Below are positions 1 through 11,300 of a stretch of 64,000 nucleotides of DNA, piece after piece. The notes beneath the pieces were generated by a model, which saw only the letters and a list, made by a program, of their open reading frames with translations, searched no databases and was not told the DNA's origin. Every line of letters begins with the position of its first letter. Within the stretch, counting starts at the first letter, position 1. The position numbers and the translations under genes are program-made. Source of the stretch: an uncultured Chloroflexia bacterium (GTDB taxonomy: Bacteria; Chloroflexota; Dehalococcoidia; UBA2979); NCBI GenBank assembly GCA_963728205.1, contig CAVSIV010000001.1, forward strand, positions 96,001 through 160,000, written 5' to 3'.

Positions 1-4
1 ACCG

Positions 5-1678
5 ATGAACAGGGACAACTACTGGACGACGCGTCGCGTCAGCCGCCGGACGTGGCTGCGCGGGGCCGGGATCGGCGCGGCCGGCCTCGCCGGCGCCGCG
101 CTGATCGGCTGCGGCAGCAGCGGCAACGCCACGGCGACGCCCGCAGCGGGGGGCGGCGGTGCGACCGGCGGCGCCACCGGCACGGCCACGGCGGCCCCGA
201 AGAGCATCCCGCACGGCGGGACGCTCGACGTCGCCAACGGCCTCGAGCCGTCGTCGCTCGACCCGCAGAAGGCCGTCAGCGGCGGCGACGACTACTACTA
301 CAACGGCATCTTCGAGACGCTCGTCGCCTACGACCAGAACAGCCAGCTCGACAAGGCCAAGGGCCTCTCGGAGTCCTTCGAGGTGGTCGACCAGCAGACG
401 ATCACCTTCCACCTGCGCAAGGGCATCAAGTTTCACGACGGCTCGGACTTCACGTCTGAGTCGGTCCAGTTCTCGATCGCCCGCGCCCAGGACCCGAAGT
501 TCGGATCGATCGCGTTCTCGTCGCTGAAGTCGGTCGCCTCCGTCGAGACGCCCGACCCGAACACGGCGACGTTCAAGCTGAACAAGCCCGACCCCGACCT
601 GGTCTACAACCTCGGCAGCCGCTACGGCGGCTGGATGATGTCGAAGTCGGCCGTCGAGGCCGCCGGCTCCGAGGTCGGTGCGAAGCCGGTGGGCACCGGC
701 CCCTTCCAGTTCGGCGAGTGGGTGTCGGGCAGCCGCGTCACCTGGAAGCGCAACCCCGGCTACTGGCGCAAGGACGCCAACGGCGAGACGCTGCCGTACC
801 TCGACGGCGTCAACATTCACATCATCGCCGACTCCACGACGGCCATCGCGGCCCTCCTCAACGGCGATGTCGCGATCGCGGGCGTCTCGGGGAAGGACCT
901 CCCGAAGGTCCAGGGCAACAGCGACTTCAACCTGCTGAAGCGCGAGGGCACGGGTCTCCCGCACGTCCTCATCTTCAACAAGAGCATCCCGCCGTTCGAC
1001 AACGTCGACCTGCGCCGCGCGATCGTGTGGGCGGTCGACGCCAAGACGATCAACAAGTCCGTGTACCTCGACACGAACATCGTCGCCGACGGCTGGGGAT
1101 ACCCGCCCGGCACCTGGGCGTACAAGCCGATCGCGGGTCGTCCGACCTTCGACCTCAACAAGGCGAAGGGCTTCCTGCAGAGCTCGGGTAAGAGCGGCGC
1201 GAGCTTCGACTCGATGGTCTACTCCTCGCCGACGGTGGTGCAGCAGGCCGAGGTCGTGCAGGAGCAGCTGCGCCAGATCGGCCTGAACATGAACATAGTC
1301 ACGGAGGACGTCGGCCAGGCCACGACCGACTTCTTCTCGAACCACAAGACGCCCATGTACTCGACGGGCTGGAGCCTGAAGGTCGTCCCGGACACGCTCG
1401 TGAGCCCGACGCTGTCGAAGGACGGGTTCTACAACCCGGCGAAGGACACGGACCCCGAGCTGCAGGCGATGATCGACCAGGCGAAGACCGAGTACGACCA
1501 GGCGAAGCGCGTCGATCTCTACACGAAGATCGGTGCCTACGCGATGGACCAGGCGCTCTACGTGCCGATGCTCTACGGCGTCTCCCACGTGGGCGTCGCG
1601 AAGAAGGTCGGCGGCCAGGACTCGCTGTGGACGAACGAGGCCCGGCTCCAGTACGACGGAGCGTGGCTGCAGGCGTAG
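5..1678 (+). CDS. Peptide/nickel ABC transporter substrate-binding lipoprotein (family 5, DppA/OppA-like) with TAT signal
   Basis: Twin-arginine SRRTWL followed by lipobox LIGC; SBP_bac_5 motifs EPSSLDP, FHLRKGIKFHDGSDFT, PVGTGPF; followed by two permeases. Confidence 0.93.
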   Translation: MNRDNYWTTRRVSRRTWLRGAGIGAAGLAGAALIGCGSSGNATATPAAGGGGATGGATGTATAAPKSIPHGGTLDVANGLEPSSLDPQKAVSGGDDYYYNGIFETLVAYDQNSQLDKAKGLSESFEVVDQQTITFHLRKGIKFHDGSDFTSESVQFSIARAQDPKFGSIAFSSLKSVASVETPDPNTATFKLNKPDPDLVYNLGSRYGGWMMSKSAVEAAGSEVGAKPVGTGPFQFGEWVSGSRVTWKRNPGYWRKDANGETLPYLDGVNIHIIADSTTAIAALLNGDVAIAGVSGKDLPKVQGNSDFNLLKREGTGLPHVLIFNKSIPPFDNVDLRRAIVWAVDAKTINKSVYLDTNIVADGWGYPPGTWAYKPIAGRPTFDLNKAKGFLQSSGKSGASFDSMVYSSPTVVQQAEVVQEQLRQIGLNMNIVTEDVGQATTDFFSNHKTPMYSTGWSLKVVPDTLVSPTLSKDGFYNPAKDTDPELQAMIDQAKTEYDQAKRVDLYTKIGAYAMDQALYVPMLYGVSHVGVAKKVGGQDSLWTNEARLQYDGAWLQA

Positions 1679-1777
1679 CGAGCGACGCACGCCCGGACCC
1701 GGTCGCGCGGCGGCACGCCCGCCGCGCGATCGGGTCCCGCACTTCCGAACCCGGCCTGCGAAGAGGCGAGGTCCTCG

Positions 1778-2734
1778 ATGTGGACGTACATCGTTCGACG
1801 CCTGCTGCAGGCGATCCCGCTCATCCTCGTGATCACGTTCCTCTCCTACTCGCTCCTGCTGCTGCTGCCGGGCGACCCGGTGCTGGCGCTGCTCACGGGT
1901 GGTGACGAGACGCTCACGCCGGAGGCTTACCAGGCGCAGCGCCATCGGCTCGGCCTCGACAAGCCGATCCCCGTCCAGTACGTGCTGTGGCTGGAGCGCA
2001 CCGCCACCGGCGATCTCGGCCGCTCGACGAAGACGAGCCGGCCGGTCTCCGAGGAGCTGAAGACGCGCCTGCCGGTGACGCTGCAGCTGGGCGCCGCGGC
2101 GCTCCTGTTCGCGCTCGCAGTGGGGATCCCGATCGGCGTCGCGAGCGCCGTCTGGCGCAACTCCTGGCTGGATCGAGGCGCGACGGCGCTCGCGGTCGGA
2201 GGCGTCGCCGTCCCCGACTTCTGGTTCGCGATCATCCTGATCCTGCTGTTCTCCGAGCGGCTGCACCTGCTGCCCGCGGTTGGCTATGCGAGCCTGCTCA
2301 GCCACCCGACGAAGGCCCTCAAGCTGATGATCATGCCGGTGCTCGTGCTCGGCTGGGGCGCGACCGCCCTGCTCGCACGGCAGATGCGTTCGTCGATGCT
2401 CGAAGTGCTGCAGCAGGACTACATGCGCACCGCGCGCGCGAAGGGCCTGTCGGGCCGGCGGGTCGTCTGGGTGCACGCGCTGCGCAACGCGCTGCTGCCG
2501 GTCGTCACGATCGTCGGGCTGCTCGTCGGACGGCTTTTCGCGGGCACCGTCATCGTCGAGCGCGTGTTCTCCATCCCCGGCATGGGGCGGTTCCTCGTCG
2601 ACTCGGTCTTCAACCGCGACTTCCCGGTGACGCAGGCGACGGTGCTGATCGTGGCGGTATCGGTGATCGCCGCGAACCTGCTCACGGATATCGCTTACGC
2701 GTGGCTCGACCCGCGCATCCGGTACGGGAGCTGA
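1778..2734 (+). CDS. Peptide ABC transporter permease (DppB/OppB-like)
   Basis: MWTYIVRRLLQ..PGDP, GDLGRS, EAA-loop DYMRTARAKGL, C-terminal LDPRI. Confidence 0.95.
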   Translation: MWTYIVRRLLQAIPLILVITFLSYSLLLLLPGDPVLALLTGGDETLTPEAYQAQRHRLGLDKPIPVQYVLWLERTATGDLGRSTKTSRPVSEELKTRLPVTLQLGAAALLFALAVGIPIGVASAVWRNSWLDRGATALAVGGVAVPDFWFAIILILLFSERLHLLPAVGYASLLSHPTKALKLMIMPVLVLGWGATALLARQMRSSMLEVLQQDYMRTARAKGLSGRRVVWVHALRNALLPVVTIVGLLVGRLFAGTVIVERVFSIPGMGRFLVDSVFNRDFPVTQATVLIVAVSVIAANLLTDIAYAWLDPRIRYGS

Positions 2735-2736
2735 GG

Positions 2737-3648
2737 ATGGTCGAACGACAACTCCCGGCAACGACGGCATCGTCGCGGAGCGGCGAGGGCCTCGCGCGCG
2801 CGTGGCACGACGGCCTCGACTTCTTCCGGCGGCTGATGCGGGTGCGCCTCGCGGCGCCGGCGCTCGCGTTCATCCTGCTGGTGTTCTTCTGCGCGATCTT
2901 CGCGCCGCTGATCTCGCCGTACGACCCGCGCACACAGGACCCGGTCGCGAGTCTCGCGTCGTTCAGCCGCGCGCACCTGCTCGGCGGCGACCAGCTGGGA
3001 CGCGACGAGCTGACGCGCCTGATCTACGGCTCGCGCGTCGCGCTCGGCATCGGGTTCGGGTCCGTGGCGTTCGGCGTGCTGCTCGGCATGCCGCTGGGCA
3101 TCGTCAGCGGCTACATCCGTGGTGCGCTCGACGACCTGATCATGCGGTTCATGGACGCGGTCGTCGCGTTCCCAGGGCTGATCCTCGCGCTCGGGCTGGT
3201 GGCGGTGCGCGGGGCGAGCATCCTCAACCTCATCCTCGCAATCGGCGTCGCGAACGTGCCGTGGATCGCGCGCGTCACGCGCAGCCAGGTGCTGAGCGTG
3301 CGCGAGCAGGACTACGTGCAGGCGGCGCGCTCCCTCGGCGCGGGGCACCTCCGCGTCATGCGCGTGCACATCCTGCGCAACTCGATCCAGCCCGTGATCG
3401 TGCAGAGCACGCTCGGCCTGGGATACGCGGTGCTGGCCGAGGCCGGGCTGTCGTTCCTCGGGGTCGGCGTGCCGCCGCCGACGCCGACCTGGGGCTCGAT
3501 GCTGCAGTTCGCGTTTGGGTTCCTGTCGATCCAGCCGTGGCTCTCGATCATCCCCGGCCTCGCGATCTTCCTGCTGGTGCTCTCGTTCAACCTGCTGGGC
3601 GACGCGCTGCGCGACGTGCTCGACCCGCGCCTGCGCGGCTCGATCTAG
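2737..3648 (+). CDS. Peptide ABC transporter permease (DppC/OppC-like)
   Basis: ATG at 2737 within ORF 1987..3648; HLLGGDQLGRD, DYVQAARSLGA, LSFLGVG, GDALRDVLDPR. Confidence 0.95.
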   Translation: MVERQLPATTASSRSGEGLARAWHDGLDFFRRLMRVRLAAPALAFILLVFFCAIFAPLISPYDPRTQDPVASLASFSRAHLLGGDQLGRDELTRLIYGSRVALGIGFGSVAFGVLLGMPLGIVSGYIRGALDDLIMRFMDAVVAFPGLILALGLVAVRGASILNLILAIGVANVPWIARVTRSQVLSVREQDYVQAARSLGAGHLRVMRVHILRNSIQPVIVQSTLGLGYAVLAEAGLSFLGVGVPPPTPTWGSMLQFAFGFLSIQPWLSIIPGLAIFLLVLSFNLLGDALRDVLDPRLRGSI

Positions 3649-3655
3649 GGGCGCG

Positions 3656-3732
3656 AAGCGGCGGCAGACATGCCGCCGACTGATCGCGGCCCCGTGGGCC
3701 GCGCCGGCATCGGCGGCATGCTGCCGCCGCTT
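3656..3732. repeat. REP family 1 inverted doublet (REPIN-like)
   Basis: AAGCGGCGGCAGACATGCCGCCGA...TCGGCGGCATGCTGCCGCCGCTT; same arm as about 10 other sites in the window. Confidence 0.8.
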
Positions 3733-3799
3733 GACACGAAGTGCCGCGGCAGGTGGGGCCGGGCCCCCACGCCCGCCGCGCGCCCGAGGAGGCGACGAC

Positions 3800-5365
3800 A
3801 TGACCTGGGAACCCGAGATCCAGGAGCTCGAACGGCGTCGCGCGCTCGCGCTCGAGATGGGCGGCCCCGACCGCGTCCGCGAGCAGCACGAGCGCGGCAA
3901 GCTCTCCGTTCGCGAGCGCATCGACGCGCTCGCCGACCCCGGCTCGTTCCGCGAGCGCGGCGCCCTCGCCGGCAGCGCCGACTACGAGGACGGCGAGCTG
4001 CGCGCGTTCCGCCCATCGCCCTTCGTCATGGGGCTCGTGCGGCTCGACGGCCGCCCCGCCGTCGTCGGCGGCGGCGACTACACCTCGCGCGGCCGCCCCG
4101 CGAGCGGCGGGGGCGGCGGCCAGGGCGGCCCGACCAAGACCGCGCAGCTCTACGAGATCGCACGTGACCTCAAGCTGCCGCTCGTCCAGCTGATCGACGC
4201 CTTCGGCGCGGACATCCGCGCGATCGAGGCGATCGGCCGCACCTACATCCCGGCCAACCCGCACTGGGAGATGGTCGTCGACCTGATGGGCGAGGTGCCG
4301 GTGGTCGCGGCCGGCCTCGGCGCGGTGGCGGGGCTGCCGGCCGCGCAGATCGCCGCCACGCACTTCTCCGTGATGGTGAAGGGCGTGTCGCAGGTCTTCG
4401 CCGCCGGCCCGCCGGTCGTGCAGCGCGCCCTGGGACACGAGATCACGAAGGAGGAGCTGGGTGGCGCCGCCGTCCACGCGCACGGCAGCGGCGTCGTCGA
4501 CAACGAGGCCGAGGACGAGGCCGACGCCTTCCGCCAGGTCCGCGCCTTCCTCTCCTATTTGCCGAGCAGCATCTACGAGCACCCGCCCGTCTGCTCGACC
4601 GATGACCCCGCCGACCGCCGCGAGGAGGCGCTGCTCTCGCTGATCCCGCGCGACCGCAACCGCCCATACAACCCGCGGAAGATGGTCGAGCTGATCGTGG
4701 ACGGCGGCTCGGCGTTCGAGATGGGGCGCTACTACGGCCGCTCGCTGGTCACGATGTTCGCGCGGCTCGACGGCAAGCCCGTCGGTGTGCTGGCCAACGA
4801 CCCGATGGCCGCGGGCGGCGCGATGGACGCGGCGGCGGCGCAGAAGTTCGAGAAGTTCGTCGACCTCTGCGACACGTTCCACCTGCCGGTCGTGAACTTC
4901 GTCGACCAGCCCGGCTTCATGATCGGGCGGGCGGCGGAGGCGAGCGGCACGCTCAAGCAGGGCGTGCGCGCGCTGTCGGCGCTGTACCAGGCGAGCATCC
5001 CCTGGGCGACGGTCGTGGTGCGGCGCGTGTACGGTGTCGCCGGCGCCGGGCACCAGAACCACGCGCGCTTCAACTTCCGCGTCGCGTGGCCGTCGGCGGA
5101 GTGGGGGTCGCTGCCGATCGAGGGCGGCGTGATGGCGGCGTACCGCCGGCAGATCGAAGCGGCGGAGGACCCCGTCGCGTTCCGCGAGGACCTCGAGCAG
5201 CGGCTGGTCGCGATGCGCTCGCCCTTCCGCACGGCCGAGGCGTACAACATCGAGGACATCATCGACCCGCGGGAGACGCGCCCCATGCTCTGCGAGTGGG
5301 TGAACCTGGCCTATCGCGTCGTGCCGACGCTGCTCGGCCCGCGCGCGCGACGGATGCGCCCGTGA
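3800..5365 (+). CDS. Acyl-CoA carboxylase carboxyltransferase (beta) subunit
   Basis: RBS GAGGAGG then ATG 3800; MGG..GKLSVRERIDALADPGSF, GPPVV, EELGG, DQPGFMIG, IIDPRETR. Confidence 0.92.
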   Translation: MTWEPEIQELERRRALALEMGGPDRVREQHERGKLSVRERIDALADPGSFRERGALAGSADYEDGELRAFRPSPFVMGLVRLDGRPAVVGGGDYTSRGRPASGGGGGQGGPTKTAQLYEIARDLKLPLVQLIDAFGADIRAIEAIGRTYIPANPHWEMVVDLMGEVPVVAAGLGAVAGLPAAQIAATHFSVMVKGVSQVFAAGPPVVQRALGHEITKEELGGAAVHAHGSGVVDNEAEDEADAFRQVRAFLSYLPSSIYEHPPVCSTDDPADRREEALLSLIPRDRNRPYNPRKMVELIVDGGSAFEMGRYYGRSLVTMFARLDGKPVGVLANDPMAAGGAMDAAAAQKFEKFVDLCDTFHLPVVNFVDQPGFMIGRAAEASGTLKQGVRALSALYQASIPWATVVVRRVYGVAGAGHQNHARFNFRVAWPSAEWGSLPIEGGVMAAYRRQIEAAEDPVAFREDLEQRLVAMRSPFRTAEAYNIEDIIDPRETRPMLCEWVNLAYRVVPTLLGPRARRMRP

Positions 5366-8041
5366 CGGCGGCCGGCCCCCCCGGCCCGCTGCGCGTGCTC
5401 GAGGTGAGCGATCGCGACGAGGCGGCGGCGTACGCCGGTAAGCTCTTCGCGCGCTGGGGCGCCGATGTCACGCGCGTCGAGGCGGCGCCGCGGCGCGAGG
5501 ACGCGCCGCTCGCGCGGGCGCGCGAGCTCTACCTCCACGGCGGGAAGCGACGCATCGCGCTCGACTGGCGCGCTCCGGCGGGCCGCGCGTCGCTCGACGC
5601 GCTCGCGGCCGCCGCGGACGTCGTCGTCACCGACGCCTCGCCGCGCGACGTCGATGCCCACGACCTGCTCGCGCTCGGGGCGGGTGCGGGCGCCGCGCAC
5701 GCGCCGGTGCGCGTCTCGATCACGCCGTTCGGCCTGTCCGGCCCCTACCGCGACTTCGAGGCGACGAGCGCCACGCTGCTCGCGCTCGGCGGCTACACGT
5801 GGCTGATGGGCGACCCCGGCCGCGCGCCGCTGACGATGCCCGGGTCGTACGCCTGGTACCAGGCGGGGACGTTCGCGCACATCGCCGCGCTCGCCGCGGT
5901 GCTCGACACGACCGGCCCGCCGCCGGCGACGATCGAGGTGAGCGTGATGGAGTCGCTCGCCTCGCTGCACCAGTTCACCGACACGATGTGGACCTTCCAG
6001 GGCATCCTGCGCAGCCGCCACGGCAACCGCTGGGAGAACCTCTGTCCCACCACCCTGCTGCCGGCGATCGACGGCTGGTACGGCGTGAACATCCTCCCGA
6101 ACTTCTGGTTCCAGTTCGCGATGATGATCGGCCACCCGGAGTACACCGAGCCCGACCACCCGTTTGCGACGAACGACGGCCGCATGGCGCACCAGGACGA
6201 GGTCGAGGCGGTCGTCACCGAGGCGCTGCGCGACCGGGGCAAGGTGCGCATCTTCCGCGAGGGCCAGGAGACGTGGCGCGTGCCCGTCGGCGCCGCAGCC
6301 ACGCTCGGCGAGTTGTTCGTCGACCCGCACCTCGTGGAGCGCGGCTTCTGGCGTCCGCTCGACGACGTGCGTGCCCCCGGCGGCGACGTGCTGCTGACGC
6401 CGGGGTCGCCGTGGCGGTTCGTCGGCGAGGACGATGCCCGACGAAGCGGCCCCGGAGCCGGTGCGAGCGGCACCCTCCCCGGTGGCGCTCGACCCACCGG
6501 CGTCGGTTCGAGCGGCTGCTGGAAGGCTGCCGATCGACGAGCCGGACCGATCGGCACCCTCCCTGGTGCCGCTCGAACCACCGGCGTCAGTTCGAGCGGC
6601 TGCTGGAAGGCTGCCGATCGACGAGTCGGACCCATCGGCACCCTCCCTGGTGCCGCTCGAACCACCGGCGTCAGTTCGAGCGGCTGCTGGAAGGCTGCCG
6701 ATCGACGAGCCGGACCGATCGGCACCCTCCCCGGTGCCGATCGAAGCCGGCCCCCGTCCGCTCGCCGGCGTTCGCGTCGTCGACCTCACGCGCATCTGGT
6801 CCGGCCCCGTCGCCACGCGCATCCTCGGCGACCTCGGCGCGGAGGTGATCAAGGTCGAGGCGCGCATCGGGCGCGGCGCGGCCGTCGCGCCGGCCGACGT
6901 CGCGGGCGGGCGGCCGTGGAACGTGCAGGGCCTGTTCAACAAGCTCAACCGCAACAAGGAGAGCGTCTGCGTCGACCTCAAGAGCGACGCCGGCAAGGAG
7001 GCGTTCCTCCGCCTCGTCGCCGCCAGCGACGTCGTGATCGAGAACTTCAGCGCCCGCGCGATGCCGGGCCTCGGCCTCGGCTATGACGCGCTGCGCGCGG
7101 CCAACCCGCGCATCGTCTACCTGACCATGCCGGCGTTCGGACGATCGGGCGCCTATCGCGACTACGTCGGGCTCGGCCCGAGCATCGAGCCGACGACGGG
7201 CCTCACGGCGCTCATGGGCTACGCCGACGACGAGCCGCGCGTGACGGCGAAGGCGGTGACCGACCCCGGTGCCGGTACCACCGCCGCGTCCGCGATCCTC
7301 GTCGCGCTCGAGCGGCGCCGGCGCACCGGCGCGGGCGCGTTCATCGAGCTGTCGCAGCACGAATGCGGGATCCAGGTGCTCGGGGAGCACTTCATCGAGC
7401 GGCAGCTGACCGGCCGCGAGCCGTCGCGGCTCGGCAACGCGCACCCGGAGCACGCGCCGCACGGCATCTACCGCTGCGCGCCGCGCCCGATCGCGGGGCC
7501 GCCGAGCGGGGCCCCGGATGCGGCCGCGGCGGCGGCCGCGGCCTTCGCCGACGACCACTGGATCGCGCTCGCCGCCCGCGACGAGGCGGAGTGGCGCGCG
7601 CTGTGCGCCGTCGCCGGGCAGGGCTGGGACGCCGACCCGCGGTTCGCCGACGCCGCCGCCCGCCGCGCGCACCGCGCGGAGCTCGACGCGGCCGTCGAGG
7701 CGTGGACGTCGACGCGCGACAAACGCGAGCTGATGGAGCGCCTGCAGGCGGTCGGCGTGCCCGCCGGCGCCGTGCTCGCGCCGCCCGAGTGGTTGGCAGA
7801 CCCGCACCTCGCCGCGCGCGGCTACTTCGTCGAGCTCGACCACGCCGAGGCGGGGCGCAACCGCTGGGACGGGGCGCCGATCCTGCTGAACGGCGAGCGG
7901 CATTACGCCGGCTGGCAGCCCGCACCGCTGCTCGGCGAGGACAACCGCGCGGTGTTCACGCGCCTGCTGGGCTACACGGATGCCGAGGTGGACGCCCTGG
8001 TCGCCGAGGGCGCCCTCGCGGACCGCCCACCAGACGCGTAA
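5362..8041 (+). CDS. Class III CoA-transferase (CaiB/BaiF), two tandem domains; one frameshift in or next to the repeat-filled linker (~6430-6750) as sequenced
   Basis: GTG 5362 overlaps upstream TGA; domain 1 LRVLEV..AYAGKLFARWGADVTRVE, ITPFGLSGPY; domain 2 (ORF 6434..8041) PLAGVRVVDLTRIWSGPVATRILGDLGAEVIKVE, NRNKES, ENFS, APLLGE. Confidence 0.82.
6460..6745. repeat. Intragenic ~84-bp tandem repeat (about 3 units) built of alternating inverted 29-bp palindromic arms (REP family 4)
   Basis: GATCGGCACCCTCCCTGGTGCCGCTCGAA-CCACCGGCGTCAG-TTCGAGCGGCTGCTGGAAGGCTGCCGATC repeated; encodes SAPSLVPLEPPASVRAAAGRLPIDE repeats. Confidence 0.88.
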
Positions 8042-8046
8042 GCGGG

Positions 8047-8246
8047 GCGCGCGGCAGGCCTCAGGCCTGCCGTGTGCAGCGGCACCCTCTCGAAACATGA
8101 GGTGCGCGCACGAACATCACCCACAGCGGCGGCAGATATGCCGCCGACAGGACGCGGACGCAGTCCGCGACTGGCGCCGCGCTTCTGTCGGCGGCATATC
8201 TGCCGCCGCTTTGACTTCCGACGAGGCCTGGAGCCCGCCGCGCGCC
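8047..8246. repeat. REP family 2 doublet with nested REP family 1 REPIN (8102-8228)
   Basis: GCGCGGCAGGCCTCAGGCCTGCCGTG at 8047 and inverted AGGCCTGGAGCCCGCCGCGCGC at ~8224; inside, 26-bp arms at 8125-8150 and 8185-8210 around a 34-bp spacer. Confidence 0.85.
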
Positions 8247-8339
8247 GAAACGAACGCCGGGCGTACCGCCCGGAGGAGGCGCGGCTCGCGATCGGCGCGC
8301 GCGTGGCGGTGGCGTTCTGCGACGAGCGTTCCGACGGCG

Positions 8340-11300
8340 CTACAACAGGCCCGGGAAGTCCGCCGACGGCACCGGTGGCGAGAGCAGGTATCCCTGGAAC
8401 AGGTCGCAGCCGATCTCCTCGAGGAAAGCCAGTTGCTCCTCGGTCTCGACACCCTCGGCCACCACTGTGAGCCCGAGTCGGTGGCCCAGGTCCACGATCG
8501 ACCGCGCGATGGCACGGTCCGTGTCGCTCGTGAGCGCGCCCTCCATGAACTCCTGCGCGATCTTCACGTAGTTCAGCGGGAGCCGTCGCAGATATCCGAG
8601 CGACGCATACCCGGTCCCGAAGTCATCAAGCGCGAGGTGCACACCCAGGTCGCGCAACGAGCGGAAGAGTGTCCCCTCCAGCGCTGCCGACTCGATGAAG
8701 TCCGACTCCGTCAGCTCGAGCACCAGGTGCCGCGTCTCCGTCCCGGCCACCGCCAGCGCCGCCTGCACGTCGTCGAGGAAGCCGCCGCTGCGCACCTGCC
8801 GCGCCGACACGTTCACTGAGACCACCAGCGACCGTCCCACCGCGTCCATCCACATCGCCACCGCGTCGAGCGCCTGCCGGAGCATCTCGCGGCCGATCTC
8901 GATGATCCGTCCCGTCTCCTCCGCGGTCTCCAGGAAGTCGGCCGGCCCGATCAGCCCGCGTTCCGGGTGCCGCCAGCGGACCAGCGCTTCCGCTCCTACG
9001 ACGCGGCGCGCTGACACGGTGGCGATCGGCTGGAAGTACGCCTCGAACTGCTGCGACTGCACCGCGAGGCTTAGCTCGCTCCCCAGCGTCAGGCGCGCCG
9101 TGGCGGCCGCGCTGAGCTCCGGCGTGAAGAAGCGGAAGACGTCGCGCCCCGCCGCCTTCGCTGCGTACATCGCCGCATCGGCGTTGCGAATGAGCGCTTC
9201 GGCATCCCTGCCGTCGTCCGGGCACACCGCGATGCCGATGCTCGCAGTCATGAAGATCTGCCGCCCCTCGACGATGAACGGGAGCCGAAGCGACTCCAGC
9301 ACCTTGTTCGCGACCAGGCCGGCCGACTCGCCCTCGGCGATATCCGGGAGCATCACGATCAGCTCGTCGCCGCCGATGCGCGCGAGGGTGTCCGTCGTGC
9401 GTAGGGCGTCGCGGACGCGCTCCGAGGCCAGCTGGAGCAGCGAGTCGCCGACGGAGTGCCCGAGCGAGTCGTTCACGTCCTTGAAGCGATCGAAGTCGAG
9501 GAACAGCACCGCAACGCGGTCGCCGGTGCGTCGCCCGCGGGCGATCGCCTGCTCGAGCCGGTCGCGCAGCACCACGCGATTGGGCAGGCGCGTCAGTGGG
9601 TCGTGCCGGGCGAGCCACATGACCTCGTCCTCGGCGGCGCGCTCGCGCGTGACGTCCTGCTGGACGGAGACCAGGTGCCGGATCGCTCCGTGCGCGTCGC
9701 GCACGGGCGCGAGCGTGAGGTCGGTGGTGAAGAGCGAGCCGTCCTTGCGCCGGCTCACGACGGTGGTTCGATGCGTCCGCCCCGCCTGGACTTCGCGAAG
9801 GAGTTCCGCGAAGAAGTCCTGTGGGTGCTCGCCCGAGCGCAGGACGTCGGCCCCCGCGTCGACGATCTCCTCGAGCGTGTACCCGGTCATCGCCGTGAAC
9901 GCACCGTTCACCCACTCCACGTGGCCGTCGAGGTCCGTGACCATGATCGCGTTCGCGGCCGCCTCCATCGCCTCTGACTGCAGCTGGAGCCGCTCGCGAT
10001 CCGCGGTGAAGCGCAGCGCGGTGCCCACCCGCTGCCCCCATACGTTCAGCACCGTGATCAGCTCCGGGGTGATGCCGGCCGGGTCGCGCGTGTAGGCCTT
10101 CAGCACGCCCGCGACCTCACCGACATCGGCCATGATCGGCAGCGCGAGCGAGGCCGTGAAGCCGTGTCGGCCGCTCGCGTCCCGCCATGGGACGTAGCGC
10201 GGGTCGTCGAACGACATCGCGGCCGGCGAGCCGGTGCGGATGGCGAGGCCCGCGGGCCCACGTCCGGCCGGCGTGTCATCCCAGCGATACTCGGCGTCCT
10301 CGAGGTACGCCTGCTCCGGTCCGCCGGAGGCGCGCACGCGGACCCGGCCGTCGGGCTCGCGCATGCCGACCCACACCAGGGGCAGGTCGAAGAGGAGCGC
10401 CAGGTGCTCGCATGCCATCGTCAGCATGCGGTCGGCCGGCTCGCCGCGGAAGATGCGCTGGCCGAGATCGAGCAGCAACTCGTAGGCGAGCCGGCGGCGG
10501 CGATGCTCGCTGACGTCCTCGATGATGATCACCGCACCGACGTCGGTGCTCGAGACCGAAAGCGGCGCGGCGGACACGCGCAGCGTTAGCCGCTCCGCGT
10601 CGCCCGTCTGCGCCGGCACGTCCTCCAGCACGACGCGTTCGCGTCGTTCCACGGCGGTGCGCAGGCGCGCGAGCGCGGCCCCCCGGATGAACGCGGGGAG
10701 CGGTTCGCCGACCACGTCCGCGGCGGCCACGCGGAGCAGTGACTCGGCGGCCGGGTTCCACAGGCGCACGCGACTCTCCTGATCGAGCACGATCACCGGC
10801 AGCGGCGTCGCGAGCGAGATCGCCCGGAGCGACTCCGCCGCGGTCGCGTGCTCACGCTGCAGCGCGACGAGCGCGCTCACGTCGCGGGCGACCCCGACGA
10901 TCATCGAGACCGCCCCGGACGCGTCACGCACCGGCGAGAGGCGGGTCTCGAACGTCCGCTGTCCGGCCGGGAAGGTGGCGCTCCACTGGTAGATGGCGGT
11001 CTCGCCGGCCCGCGCCCGCGCGAACGCCTCGAAGTGCGCGTCCCGCGTTCCGGGTCCGGACACGGCAGCGCTCAGGTCCGCGACCGAGCCGCCGACGAAC
11101 GCCTGCATCTCTGCGAGGTGCAGGCCGAGCACCGGGTATGGGTCGCCGTAGAACTCCACGAAGCGCCCGTCGAGGTCGATCGTGAAGAGGAGATCGTTCA
11201 TCGCGCCGGTCACGTCGCGGAGCGCCTTGAGCTCGTCCGCGCCCCCAGAGTGGTCGGTAACATCGCGCGCCGCACCCTCGACGGCGACCGGCCTGCCTGC

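Noticed and set aside
6460-6745. Possible CRISPR or mini-array of 29-bp palindromic repeats
   Set aside because: Arms alternate in orientation, linkers repeat identically, and the array lies within a coding region.
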